Shown: one piece after another, positions 25,401-37,238 of the stretch | Layout of the letters: every line of letters begins with the position of its first letter | Position numbering within the stretch: the stretch's first letter is position 1 | NCBI GenBank assembly: GCA_001949185.1 | Contig: BDGG01000015.1 | Span: 563,036 to 627,035 of the forward strand | Length of the DNA stretch: 64,000 bases | Direction: 5' to 3' | Source of the DNA: Ramazzottius varieornatus | Lineage: Eukaryota; Animalia; Tardigrada | Translations under genes and position numbers: made by a program | Notes under the pieces: generated by a model | Told to the model about the DNA's origin: nothing | The model's input: only the letters and a program-made list of their open reading frames with translations | The model's database searches: none

Positions 25401-28400
25401 GTTCGACTAAGAAACTTTAGGAATTTAAAACTAAGAGAGCCTAACTATTTAACTCAAAACCCAGCCGAAAATGGGGTTCTCGGTGGGGAAAATGCATTGA
25501 ATAGTACCTCTTGGCGACCTTCTCCATTCACCATTGTTTGGAGTTTTTGCGGCCAGGAAGTATGATCGATGGGAAGAGACACCAGTCATACTGCCTACAC
25601 AGGGCGTAATTTATGTTCGCAGGTGACACGTCATATCTTCGCTCGTGCAGGAGTCTTAAAACTTTGATCATGACAAAACGCTGTGAGACAAAAGTTACGA
25701 GGGGAGTTTTGTTGTGTGATATTAAACGATCATTTCCCGATAGATCTGACGACTTTCGATTAAAGTCATGCAGTCAAGCATGGCGGCGCATTCCAACAAG
25801 TTCAGGTGCAGGGCGAATTACGCCTTTTAGCAATGCCGGTTTGGCTAATATTTTGCAGCAGAGAAAATCGTACGTCGGCACGCATCATATGTCTCTGACA
25901 AAGGATATAAACCTCCCGTCGTTTTTATATCTTATCAGAAACAAAACACTTGGACAAGAGTCGCTGGAGTCAACTCGTTTCTCCGATACCTGGTTGATTC
26001 TGCCCGTAGTCATAAGAGTAAGCCATGCGTGTCGATCGCAGCACTTGGGCCATAGCCAAGGTTCTCCAATTTCCTTTTAACGACATGTTCAATTGACAAA
26101 AGTCAGCCGATACAATGTGAAAAAAACGCGGCGCTTTGTCAGTCAAAGTATACTTAGTCTGAAGCTTTAACACCCCGAGTACCCAGATTAAAAATGATTT
26201 AATGCGGTCAAGAACGGAGAGCTGTAACGTTTGTAGCCAGAGCAGACCACACGGGCAAATATGACCTGCATTTTCTACCCCACGTTTCACACCATTAAAG
26301 CGCCAAACTTGGCAGCACGTGCAACGATATCAAACATTTGCGTCGTCCATAAAAATTTGATCGTCGGCCAAAGGCTAGCTCGTAAAGAGCTCCACGTGTG
26401 CGAAGCTTGTAAAAAGTCGCCCGCGATGGAAGACCTCCACGTAGTCCGCTTTACACCTCTAATCAAAATAAATGTCGAAAACTCTGTGACGAACTTCTAG
26501 CCAGGCACGAGCGAAACTGTCAGGTGTGAAAAACGCAGAGGATGCTAAGAAACATCGTAGAAAGACGCCTTTCAGTTCCCTCGCGATCCGTTTCTCTTGA
26601 AAAATGGAGACTTGACACTAACAATAGCGACCGCGAACACGAACTGATACTCTGTTAGAGAATTTCGTCGGCTTCGAGATTTTTCGGGCCGAACGAAGCG
26701 AGGCCGTTTTAAGTCTGTCGAGATTTTAATGGACGATCATATTGTTCGAGGTTTCAGATATCGCAACCTTTGTACTGAAAACAAGTGCGCTACTTGATCC
26801 GAGTAGCAAAAGTTTTTACTCGCAAAACTTGTGCTTCTTTGCTTCTGCTCGGCCTTCCCAGTGGTCAGAACCACTAGCTAGTAAATATTCAAATTGTTCA
26901 TGGGAAAGAAGTTTCCATTGATGGGTGGATCGATTGCAGAATGGTGATTTTCAATATGGAAAAAGGAGGAAAGTGGTGATTAAACAGCAATCAAAAATCG
27001 GGTGGATGGCGTCGCGGCTGTTCATTGCCGGCAGTCGGTCAGCAGGTGGTCGCGGGATGATGACATATCGCACCCGTGTTTTTCCTTGGCCGGTAATGAC
27101 CAGTCTTTGGCCATAATTAGGCTGTTGAGAGAAAGAGGGTCAGGGGATGCAGCCGGGTTCTAGCTGGACATTTGCATGAGTCCAGCATTTATTGCTTGTG
27201 TATCCAGGGATTAGTATTCAATTCTGCAAATTTGATCACGCACAAGCACACCTTCTGCCAGCTAACCTAGTGCCAGATCCATCGCCTGCAAGCTTTTCTC
27301 CTCTTCAGGAAACATACACTGGCCAAGCCTGCATCAGGCCAACTCTGAAACTGGACCAGCAATCAGCGATACTGGTCATTCCAGCATGTAATCGCATAAT
27401 AAGCAACTTTCATCAAGTGCAGACGGGACCCTGTGGGCCCACTATGTCACCAGTAAGAACACCGAGTTCCTTTTTCCAACTGGACCACGCTCCTCGTCTC
27501 ACTGACGCCATTTAGGTTGTGGCCCAAACGTAGAAAACCGTCAATACCGGAAGAACCACGTAGTATCTAACCTTAATGAGACGGCAAGTCGAGTCTATCC
27601 TCCTGATTGAATTCTAACGAAGCTTCTTCGATCCTGATTTTTGTAATCTCCATGTTGCGAAATAGTCGATTGTGGTCTGTGCGATGGACGAGGGTTGGGA
27701 ATTAGCCGTGTTAGCCATTTTTTTGGTGTTTACTTCCTTGTTGACCCAACTCATATCAGAGTTCGACAAACCACGAGCAGAATTAGGTTCTCAGTCCGCC
27801 CCGACCGCGGCATCGTCGACGGTGCTGGTGTCGGGCGTTTGACAGTTTTGAGTAATTAAATTGGCCAAAAACTGTTAACGGTCCGAGCGGGCATCCCGCG
27901 GGACAGCGGATAAGTCCACGCTCCAATAACACTAGCAGCTCCCCAAACAATTTGTGATGACTTCCGTTGACCGTCTGTGAACGCATGCCCGCTTCGCCCC
28001 TCAGCCATTCCCCATCTAGCTAGTGTCCAGCAGCGACAGCCGGCCACTGTGTATTTCCCCCCAACCCCGATATATATTGGCAAATTGACCATTTTCAAAT
28101 CATGTTTGTAATGAGATTTGGCCAGGACGCGTATTAACACAGCGTAGATGCTGTTATCGCCTCGTTTCTCCAAAGCATGTTCCTTTCCAAACAAGACCCC
28201 TCTCCCTTCCTCTCTCTCCGCACCGCAACCTTATCAAAACATTATTTCCTCAGCCGGAAGTCCAGCTTTGTCCACTTTGTCAACTTTACCCACTGAACTT
28301 TTATGGCCTTGCTTTTCCCCTTCATCACTCCATAAAACCTACACTGGACAGTTCTCTCCTTTTACCTCGTAGAAAATCTGTCGGGGTCATTCATGTTTTG

Positions 28401-31077
28401 AAACTGGTCAATCTCGCCTGGAGAATATTTTCACCAAAAGGAAATTGGAATTTCGGCGAACTTTTATGTCGTGTTTTCCGTACTATAGCTCGTAAACTGT
28501 TCCACGCTTGTCAATTATTCTGATGGTCCATGTTTGCCTACTGATCCCAAACTGTCCTAATGACGCTTGGACGGAATCAAGTGGATACATGGCTAAGCTC
28601 CTCTGTCCAGAATGGTCCCGCCTTTGATCGGTCAAATACTTTATTAAACACAAGGAGCGATCAAGAGGATACGCGGTCGTTGCCGAAATAGATTCAGGAG
28701 CGTTTACTGGACGTGGACGGAAGGGATGAAGAGGGGAAGAGTGAGGAGGCCTTTAATTTGCTGGACGATTGATCGAGCGCTTGTAGATTATTTTCCTACT
28801 GTCTAGCTCCAACTGACCGGCTTACTTCCTTCTCATTGTGCGCACGAGGCTGGATAACACTGAATGGCCGAAGCCTGGAAATGGAAACTGGACAAAATTT
28901 CCGGTCAACTCATAGATATCGTTCAAGCCTCGATGGCATAATTGTCCCGCTACGAACAATGGCCGCCGTGATTGCATGTAAAGTGCTGTAATATCTCATG
29001 CGCCGGAAGTCCCCATGTAAACATACTCCATCAATCTTCCCAGATTTATCGCCAGTCATTAACTATTTTTCTCACGAGTAACCTTAATTTTCCTGCATGA
29101 AGTTTCAACCATCACAACCCAAACAAGACCGGGCAAAAATCTGTGAAAAGAAATATTCGACGAAGACGCGCCCAACAGCGAACCACCCCCGATGAAGTCG
29201 CGCACGGTACTTCACGTGTGCCCGATCAAGTCGCGCACATAAAGTATCGAGTCGCACCAGGTGTGGTGCTGATGGCAAGAAGATTTGTCGACGTAAGATC
29301 TTTTCTGAAACAGTATTTGCAGTAACATAAGACAAGCATCTGGTTCTCAGAAATTGCCTAACAGCAGGGCTGCCAATTATCCCCGTAGCGGCGTGCTCAG
29401 CTTGCAACTCGTCTTCCTTGTCGAGATTGACCAGCAGGTCAATCAGGTGGCTGTCGAGTTCGGCCATTATACTCACAGCATCCCTAAATATTGCTAATAG
29501 GCAGACGGGCAGATGTGCACTTGAGGGACTAAATGTCTGATTCTTTGTCGACAGATATCGCATTTCTCGCAGCTATTCGATGCGCGCGAAAGAACTGAAG
29601 TGCAGTATATAAACGTCCATTTTACGAACTGTTGACAAAGCCGTCAGTTTTACGAAGTGTCGCGGCTGTCATTGTTTCCAATAAAACTTCCCGTAGGCTA
29701 ATTGATGTGCCTAAAATCCGAAATAGACGACAGACCGTCAGAAGAAATCCCCGAAAAATTCGGAGTATTGTTGTGACTGCAGTAGTTTTTTTCAGTATTT
29801 ATGTTCCTGCAAAAACGCAGAATATTGTCGAATAAAGGAAAGAATAGGTTGAAGTGTTCCTTCGCAAGTCGATCTCTGAGTAATATTCAGAATTATTCGA
29901 TTATGCCATGTTTTCACGCTATCGGTTTGTTGTGGTTGCAGAGGGACCATTGCGCGGGATTACGCCACATTTTGGGCCAATGTCAAGTCGAGCATGGTAA
30001 CACGGCGGTTGGTCCATCACGAAGCTGACCGCGAGATCTTTGTCTACCCACCTACAAGCACCACGGAGCAGCCGGCGACCCACGTCCCATTGTATCACCA
30101 AACAATGGCCGCACTCCCGTCGGCAGCCCCGGTTACGCACAGTCCCAAGCGAATTCACCATGTTACCATTGAACCCAAAACCACAGCGGCGCATCACCAT
30201 CACCGCGCCAGCCATCATCCACGCCGCACAACAACGACATCCACCACAACGACCACCACTCTCCTCAGTACAACGCCCATGGACTTGCTCAGCAAATATC
30301 ATATCCCTGAAGACAAAATACTGGAGGACAAGGAACTGGCGAGTATCATCGCCAAGAACGAGCTGGAAGCCCTCAAACGCAATGGACTCACCGACGACCA
30401 GTCTGCTGACGTACAAAACGGTACGTAAAATTGCCGACATAATTTTCACCGCTAAAAGGACACAAATTCAAAAAATTCATAATGGACAGACGTTGGACAA
30501 ACTCGATGGGACGGGCGTACAAATGTTGTGAAACGATAACTCGATAATCACTTGACTATATCTTCTCCAAGTGGCGCACGCTTTCAGCCAATAATACCAC
30601 AAATGTGCGCCACTTGGCCAAACAATTTTGCAAACACTGAGCAGAAACAAACAGTACGCAATCAAGCCAATCAACTCGATTTCAAGATTTCCGCAGTGAC
30701 GTAACGAAAAGAACAGAATAACCGTTCCGTCGTCCTCACTATGACGTCATGCGCTAGTTTACACAGTTATCCCGCAAATTGCACTTGACCCTCTTCGGCA
30801 CTTTGTTATCAATGCAGAACCTCAAAGGCCCAGCGCGCCTCATCAATCAGACTTTGCCTCTTCAGAAATCAATCCTCGCGCTCCTCTGGATGGGCTAACA
30901 TCTTCTCTCTTTACAGATGGCAATGCTAATCCCGACTCTCAAGCCATCAAAACGAATCGCAGCAAGTCCGGCAATACCAGCGCGGCTTCCTCCCTCTCCA
31001 TCAGGAGGATATGGAGCAGTCCAGCCTTAACGGGCCAGCTGCTCTTTTTTGTTTGTAGTTGGATTTTATTTTTATGA
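22439..31077 (+). CDS. Secreted, probably membrane/GPI-anchored reeler-domain protein; exons 22439-22649, 23435-23693, 29942-30420, about 30918-31077
   Basis: Signal peptide, AYPFGAGMSAC.TLIPGH, GFLIQAR...VGRW, C...DSVTH; the domain is completed after a 6.2-kb intron by FVGTIARDYATFWANVKS; His/Thr-rich linker; hydrophobic C-terminus. Confidence 0.82.
24637..24736. mobile_element. Family A element in the long reeler intron
   Basis: GAGCTTGGCAGA...AGGTGGCGCAC...TACGCCACTTG...TTGTTTGCCGCGCTC. Confidence 0.7.
25987..26033 (+). pseudogene. Isolated degenerate fragment of the 18S rRNA 5' end
   Basis: TACCTGGTTGATTCTGCCCGTAGTCATA-AGAGTAAGCCATGCGTGTC vs the conserved 18S start TACCTGGTTGATCCTGCCAGTAGTCATATGCTTGTCTCAAAGATTAAGCCATGCATGTC (about 12-nt internal deletion). 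Confidence 0.7.
30483..30670. mobile_element. Family A element in last reeler intron
   Basis: Intact cassette CAAGTGGCGCAC-25nt-GTGCGCCACTTG. Confidence 0.65.
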
Positions 31078-31318
31078 TAATCCCCTAGTTAGCCTGGGTT
31101 CGACCAACGTCTAGTAATGGATTCCCTACTTTAGTTCCAGTTTTACAAAAAGCCTTTTTAGTCTGCCTGTCTCGTTGATTAGAATTATCATCAAGCCTTT
31201 TGAATCTTCCACTCTCTTCTTGTTTTGCATTTACAGTTTTAGCCAATATAATAAGCCTAATCAAACAAAACCAACCTATTCTTTCGGTTAAGCCCTCGAA
31301 ATATAAAACATGAACTGT

Positions 31319-31581
31319 GGGAGCTCGACAAACAAACTCGGCTACATTGCTTTAGCTAGTGGCGCATGCTTACGACTAAAACACTGTAGACGTGCGTCGC
31401 TTGGGCAGACAAACTCGGCACGGTTTTCTCAGTGGCGCACGCTCTCATCCAAAACACTAGCAACGTGCGCCACTTGAGAAAAAGATCAGTTTTTCCGAAT
31501 GGCGCGCGTTTCCAGCCGATATCACCGCAAAAGTGCACCAGTTGGAAAAGTGATCTTTCCGAGTTCGTTCGCCGAGCTCCC
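31319..31581. mobile_element. Family A element (three cassettes) 3' of the reeler gene
   Basis: GGGAGCTCGACAAACAAACTC...GAGTTCGTTCGCCGAGCTCCC. Confidence 0.85.
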
Positions 31582-32534
31582 ATTCTATCCTTCACGTGCG
31601 TGTATCCATAATTGTCCATTCCTTTCTTTCACGAGACAAATGGTAGGGTATCAACTTACTTTCGTGCGGGATATCTCATGCATATGCATATGCGTGACCT
31701 ACCTGCAATGTATGCCTTTGGCACGTGTGGTTAATATAGAATATTGGCGTATGGAATGTAATGCATATTTCTGTGATACTTTACCGCCCAGTCTTTGTTG
31801 GCTGGACACGGACAGGTATCAGTTTCCACGGCTGCTGTCAAAAGGCTAAAATGCATAGGGATCGCTGGACCACCACCACCGGCCTCCTTTCCAAGTTACG
31901 GCTTCAACCGACCGGCGTCCATAATCACCCTTTCATGTTGCTAATGTACCTTTCATCCCACTGCCACCTCATGCTTAACTCACTGTTTCGTTCCTTTGTC
32001 CGTGTCCCCTCAACTGCAGCCGGATTCTGACACCTTCGACCTTTGCCGGCTGTCCACTTGACAGCCTCCCAACATTTTACACATTTCCCGCTGTGCCGTT
32101 CTCACCCGTACATACCAACTCCAGAAACGCAAACCTTTGCTACAGTAACAATAGAAAATGGCCACTATGGCATGGAAAAATTGTGGAAGACGAACAGACA
32201 ACTCGAATTTGCTGGACTGCATGCAGGCTTCCATAAGGTCCATTAGTTCTTCGGGTTCTCGTTCGGTTTTTCATTTGCTCTCAACGCGTTGCAAAACAGG
32301 ACAGCATAGCTATAGAGCCATTTCACGACAGTGTCCCTACAAAAGAACTCTAGTACTCCGAAGACTCTGGTACTCCGTTGGGGCGATTTACGAATATCGC
32401 TAGAAGTAACTGAGCAACTCTAACATTTAGGAAAGCAAACTAAAGGCAAAGTCTGGAGAGATGACAGAACTTTGATGCCCAATTCGACACATTTCGCATA
32501 CGATAGTGAACTTGTCCTCACGGATTACTCTAAC

Positions 32535-34448
32535 ATGGCGGACGCGCCACCGACATCGCCCGAAGAAGCCGTTGTTCCCACGGAGCATGCTGACACGCCC
32601 AGACCTCCCCTGGCTCGGAATCCCGAAGAAACCTCCGCTGCAAACGACCCGGCTAACGTCCCCGAAGACCCACCCGAAGGACCTCCACCTTCCACCACCG
32701 CCACTCGAACCAGTGCTGCCCCTGAGACCACCGGCACCACTGTTCCCCCACCATCACCAAGCCTGGTACCACCAGCCCAATCAACTCCTGTCCCTTCACC
32801 GATGTCGACGAATATGCCCTCTTCCCAACCACATCCGGCCAAAGCTAGTGTGCCTGTACCACCAGTACCAGCCGAGACGCCACCGGCACATCCATCACCT
32901 TCTCCCGTTCATGCCAATGTAGCAGCTATTCCTGCTGTGACACCTGCGAAATCTGGCGCAGTCCTTCAACCGGTCAAGTCCAGCGTGCAACGAGCCTCTG
33001 ACGCACCCGAAAGAAGCCCGAGTAATATACCACGAGGTAGTACGGACTCTGAAACTACCGGAAGCTTGGACGAAAGCGGCGAAGTCGACGACGAGGAAGG
33101 CCCGACAGCCGAGCGAGCTTCCATCCCGACTGGCGACGGGGAAGTCCTACCAGTAGCCGTCGCGGGAGGCCAGGATCCCGCTGATCCACATGGTGGAGGA
33201 CCAACTGCCACGCCGGCTGAACATAGAAAGAAAGAGGAGGAACTGAAACCCGCAGCGACGGATCTGAGTGAAAACCCTGATGGTTTATCAGCGCCGTTTC
33301 AGATAGCGTTAGCCAGTCGCTTCGACAAGGTACCTGCTGTATGGGGAAAGTCAGGACTGGCTCTGACGTTGGACAACGTTCAAGCGCGCTTGAGGGAGCG
33401 TCTAGCTCACGCAGAAGCCCAGAAGAACGCGGTTGGCTCTTCGACCGTCTCGGAGGACGCCGACAAGAAACACCGGCCTGAAAGAAAGCACAAGTTCAGA
33501 CCGGTAAGGACCATGTACAGGAAGAAGCCTGCGGTGTCCGAAGAACAGTTGACGGAGCTGATATGGGGCAATTACGAGACGCGCATCATTGACTTGTTCT
33601 GTGCGTGGGAGCAAGCGCGGCAGTCGTCGGAGTTGTCGTATATCCTGGAAAGGATAACGAATATTCAAGGCGTAACGGCCTTTATCATTTTTGATATTTA
33701 CGAGAATGAGAAGTATCCTTCGGAGAAGCCGCCTGATGATGAGTATGAGGAGGACGAGCATGGCTATCCCATTAAGAAAGACTCGGCCTTGAAGAAGTTT
33801 CGCGATGGTCAGTGGGAGATCCCTCCGCATATCATTTACACGAGCACGGACTTGATGACGGCGAAGAAAATTATACCCTTCACGAAACAGCTAATATGGA
33901 GGTTGGTGGAGACAACAAGGGACTTGGACCCGAAGAACGATGTGAGGTACCTGCGGCTCATCAGTGATGTCAATGAGATCGTCGTCATGCCAAGTAGGTC
34001 AAACCCGGAACTTCTATTTATAGATGGAGCTGGGTGTCAGCAAATGAGTTAAACCAGATGGTCAACGCAAGTGACGCAACTTGTCATTGTTACTGGCTGC
34101 AAGAATGCGGCGGGCGCTAGGAAAAACGCTCTTGTCGAGTTCTCCAGTGGCGCATGTTGTCAGTGTTGTTGACTGGGACCGAGCGCCACTAGCGAAAATG
34201 GTCTAGTTTAACTCATGGTATTTGCAGTTTCCATTTTGTCGCGAATATTCGAACTGATTTTATTGTTTTCAGTGTTTCCTCGGCATTTTCTCATTACGGT
34301 TCAAGAACCTTCAGCAGCGCCGAACGACTTGTTTGAGAAGCTTGGACTGGTTGCAACCCATCCAGTTCCAGCTGACAAGGAAGATCACACCAAGAAGAAA
34401 TCCAGGAATAGAAACGCTGGGCACTACATGACTTCGATCGCTATCTGA
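32535..34448 (+). CDS. Roadblock/LC7 dynein light chain domain protein with very long Pro-rich N-terminal extension; exons 32535-33993, 34273-34448
   Basis: ELSYILERITNIQGVTAFIIFD ... ETTRDLDPKNDVRYLRLISDVNEIVVMP|MFPRHFLITVQEP matches the roadblock C-terminal signature (STVRDIDPQNDLTFLRIRS..EI.V.P...LIVIQ.P). Confidence 0.82.
34026..34215. mobile_element. Degenerate family A element in roadblock gene intron
   Basis: Two degenerate cassettes and TCTTGTCGAGT linker. Confidence 0.55.
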
Positions 34449-34640
34449 GCTGTTCATGTTCTGCTCCATTTATCAGAAAGCAAAATACTCAGTGACTACT
34501 GTCCAGTGTAGGATTTCTTCCTTGACTCTCACTAGGGTGGGAGAATTCGATACTTGGCCGGAAATGTTACGGCTGAAAACCAGCTCAGCTTGCCCGACCG
34601 GAATCGGAGAACTAAAATGGTTTTAGATTTTGGCTGAGTG

Positions 34641-35196
34641 TTAGGGACTGCTGGTTGCTTTTCTTATGAGGTAATATGTGGTGAAGAGGAGGAGTGCCAC
34701 GGTGATGGCCACGTAGGACATAGTCTTCTTGTCTCTTCTGCCGGCTAGCAGTATCTGTTGCGTCCTCTTCTTCCCGTTGGTAATGAAGCCCCTGACTCCA
34801 ACGATCTCTCGGTCCTGCAACAACAAAGTATGAGCCTTATTTCCGACGCAGTGGACGGAATCCCTGTCGTAAGCGAGCAGGAGGAAAATGTTTCATGGAT
34901 TTATACATTCTCGGTCAAAGACTGAACCTTCGTTTGATTATTGATTGAGCGTTCGGAATCACACTGATTACCACATCGTCCAGGAGCTTGTTCTGCTTGT
35001 GCGTTTCACTTTCAATGTCCACAGCAATCTGCAGTAACGAGAGCACGCACAGCCGATTAAAAAATCGATCTCTTAAGAACTTTTCGAAGATGTGGAGCCA
35101 GACACAGGCAGTACGTACCGACTTCAGCAGCGAAACTCGGGACGACAAGGCTTCACTTCGTGCTTGATTTTCCTGCCTCAGATATTCGTCCGTCAT
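34641..35196 (-). CDS. BET1: BET1-like Qc-SNARE, 3 exons
   Basis: ENQARSEALSSRVSLLKS|IAVDIESETHKQNKLLDDV|DRE... SNARE heptads plus C-terminal TM segment. Confidence 0.88.
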
Positions 35197-35392
35197 CCTT
35201 GCGCTCTGTCAATGATTCCTTCTGTGTCCGCGACTGCCGAAGACCTGCCGTGAGCGGCGACTAGGTAGGGGGAATTGAGGAAGGTAAAAAGAGCAATTGA
35301 AAATTAACGTAAAACAAATGACCTAAACGTAAACAAATCAAGGCGTTTGATTGCGCATTTGTCTCTTTTTTGATTTCGTAGGAGCAGCATTT

Positions 35393-36759
35393 GACAGCGT
35401 GCGAAAAATCAATCAACCGCTCACATTTGCACTCTCAGATTCCAATGCTCACATTTGGTCGCGACCGGCTCCATCCCGACTTCGTGATTATAGAGAATGC
35501 GAGGACAAGTCAGGTCTCATAAAAAGCCACTCTCATCTTTCGGTCTCATGTTTCGACGGGTCTTGGGCCGGCTCGAACACGCTGAAACGCTGCTATTGGT
35601 CGACTCGACGCATCCAACCCTACCTCAGTAGCGCACTTTCAGTCTCACGATGCCCGAGGAATCGCGACTCAAGCTTGGAGATTTGCTATTATCCGTGAAC
35701 TTTATAGCACCAGGATACTTCCAGATTACCAGAGGCTAGGAGCCTGGCTAGCCAGCAAACATTCGACAGACGAGAGCGGTATCACTTTAGGACTGTCATG
35801 CGACCTCGGCGCAGTGAGCCTTAAGCAACAATACTCAGGATTCCATGTCATACACGATGGCCGCTTTCTCCCCGGAGCAACTAGTTCAAGCTGCCGATTT
35901 TGTGGTCTGCGGGTATTTGTAAAGCCGGCTAGCCAGGCTTAAGACATTACGAAGCTGCACTAAAGTTGCTGAAGTCGAAAATGAGAAAACAGGCGTATCC
36001 CTCCCGTTATCGGATATGTCCTCGATGTGCCTCCTTTGACTGTCACCTTGACGTGCGTGTTGTCGTCTCCTTTTCGTGCCATGAAAAGTGTTAAAGTGAG
36101 TTCGGGAGAGTAAAAGATGGTCAAGAGTCAAGACACCACTGCAGATCCGGTCAGAGTTCTTTACTTCCGGTCGGCAAAGCAAGCATTGCGATATGAGAGT
36201 GCACAAACGTGAGACCGCGAGTCGAAATTCTTCGCATGCACAGGTGGTGACGTCACTTCTGAATCTCATAAAGCTTGATTGGGGCAGAGTTAATTTGTCC
36301 AAATCTGAGACTACAACCTGAGAGTCGCAAATATGATGGCAGTTCATGAGACCTGACCTGTCCTCGCAAACTCTATATTGTAAACGAAGGCGTCGAAATT
36401 CGACGCTCACATTTGGGAGACGGCGGCTGCTCACAAAAGTCAACCGTTTTGTGAGACCTCGAATCGGGATGAATTCTCATTCCCATTCGCATGAACTCAC
36501 GTCTACAACACTTCGTCCGTGCTGCCCATCAAGTTTCAGGACTTCCGAGGGAGGATAAGGCCATCTGAGCGAAAATGAGTGCCGCGCAGCCATTTTTCAA
36601 AGTGGCGTATTTTCGCACCTTCTCATGTTGTCGTCTCCCAAAGCTTGATTTGCGGCGGGGTTTGCCTTGGCGATATGTGAGACTAGATGTGAGAGTCCGA
36701 AATGTGAGGCCAAATGTGGCCGGTAGAGCACTGGGCCGCAGGTCCAAAAGTACGCTGTA
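35393..36759. mobile_element. Possible decayed non-autonomous DNA transposon with degenerate inverted termini
   Basis: CAGCGT..ACGCTG ends, CTCACATT(T) motifs in inverted orientation at both ends, internal inverted pair GCGAGGACA(A/G)GTCAGGTCTCAT at about 35499 and 36346. Confidence 0.35.
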
Positions 36760-37238
36760 ACTGTGCTGCGCACATTACCAGGGCGCAGCACAGCTGTAGC
36801 GCGTGAACTGACGAGATTTGTGCAGCACAGCACAGCTACAGTGCGGCGCAACACATGCGGCCAGATTCCGTGCTCTAGTGGCCGGTTGGTTGATTTCGCA
36901 TCCTCTAAATTCTGTGAGCATACTCGGCATACTCGCGCAGTCGCAGACTCGGGGACCAGTGGTCGGTGCGAACTGTTTCTTATCGGAAGTTCGTTCTGAG
37001 GCTTTATAGCATACATATATTCCGACAAACCATCCGGTAGCAAATCAAGAAACAGGGATTCCAGATAAAAGCAGTGAACATACGTCGGAGGAGACAGGTT
37101 CAGGCGGAAGCAGAGCGATATTGTTCGTTCAAACACTAAACGGCACATTTTATACCCTATCAGATTCTATACAGCCAATACAAGAAAACTAGCTAGAAGT
37201 GATTCAGGACAAAAGACGAATAACAGCGGGAGAGAACT

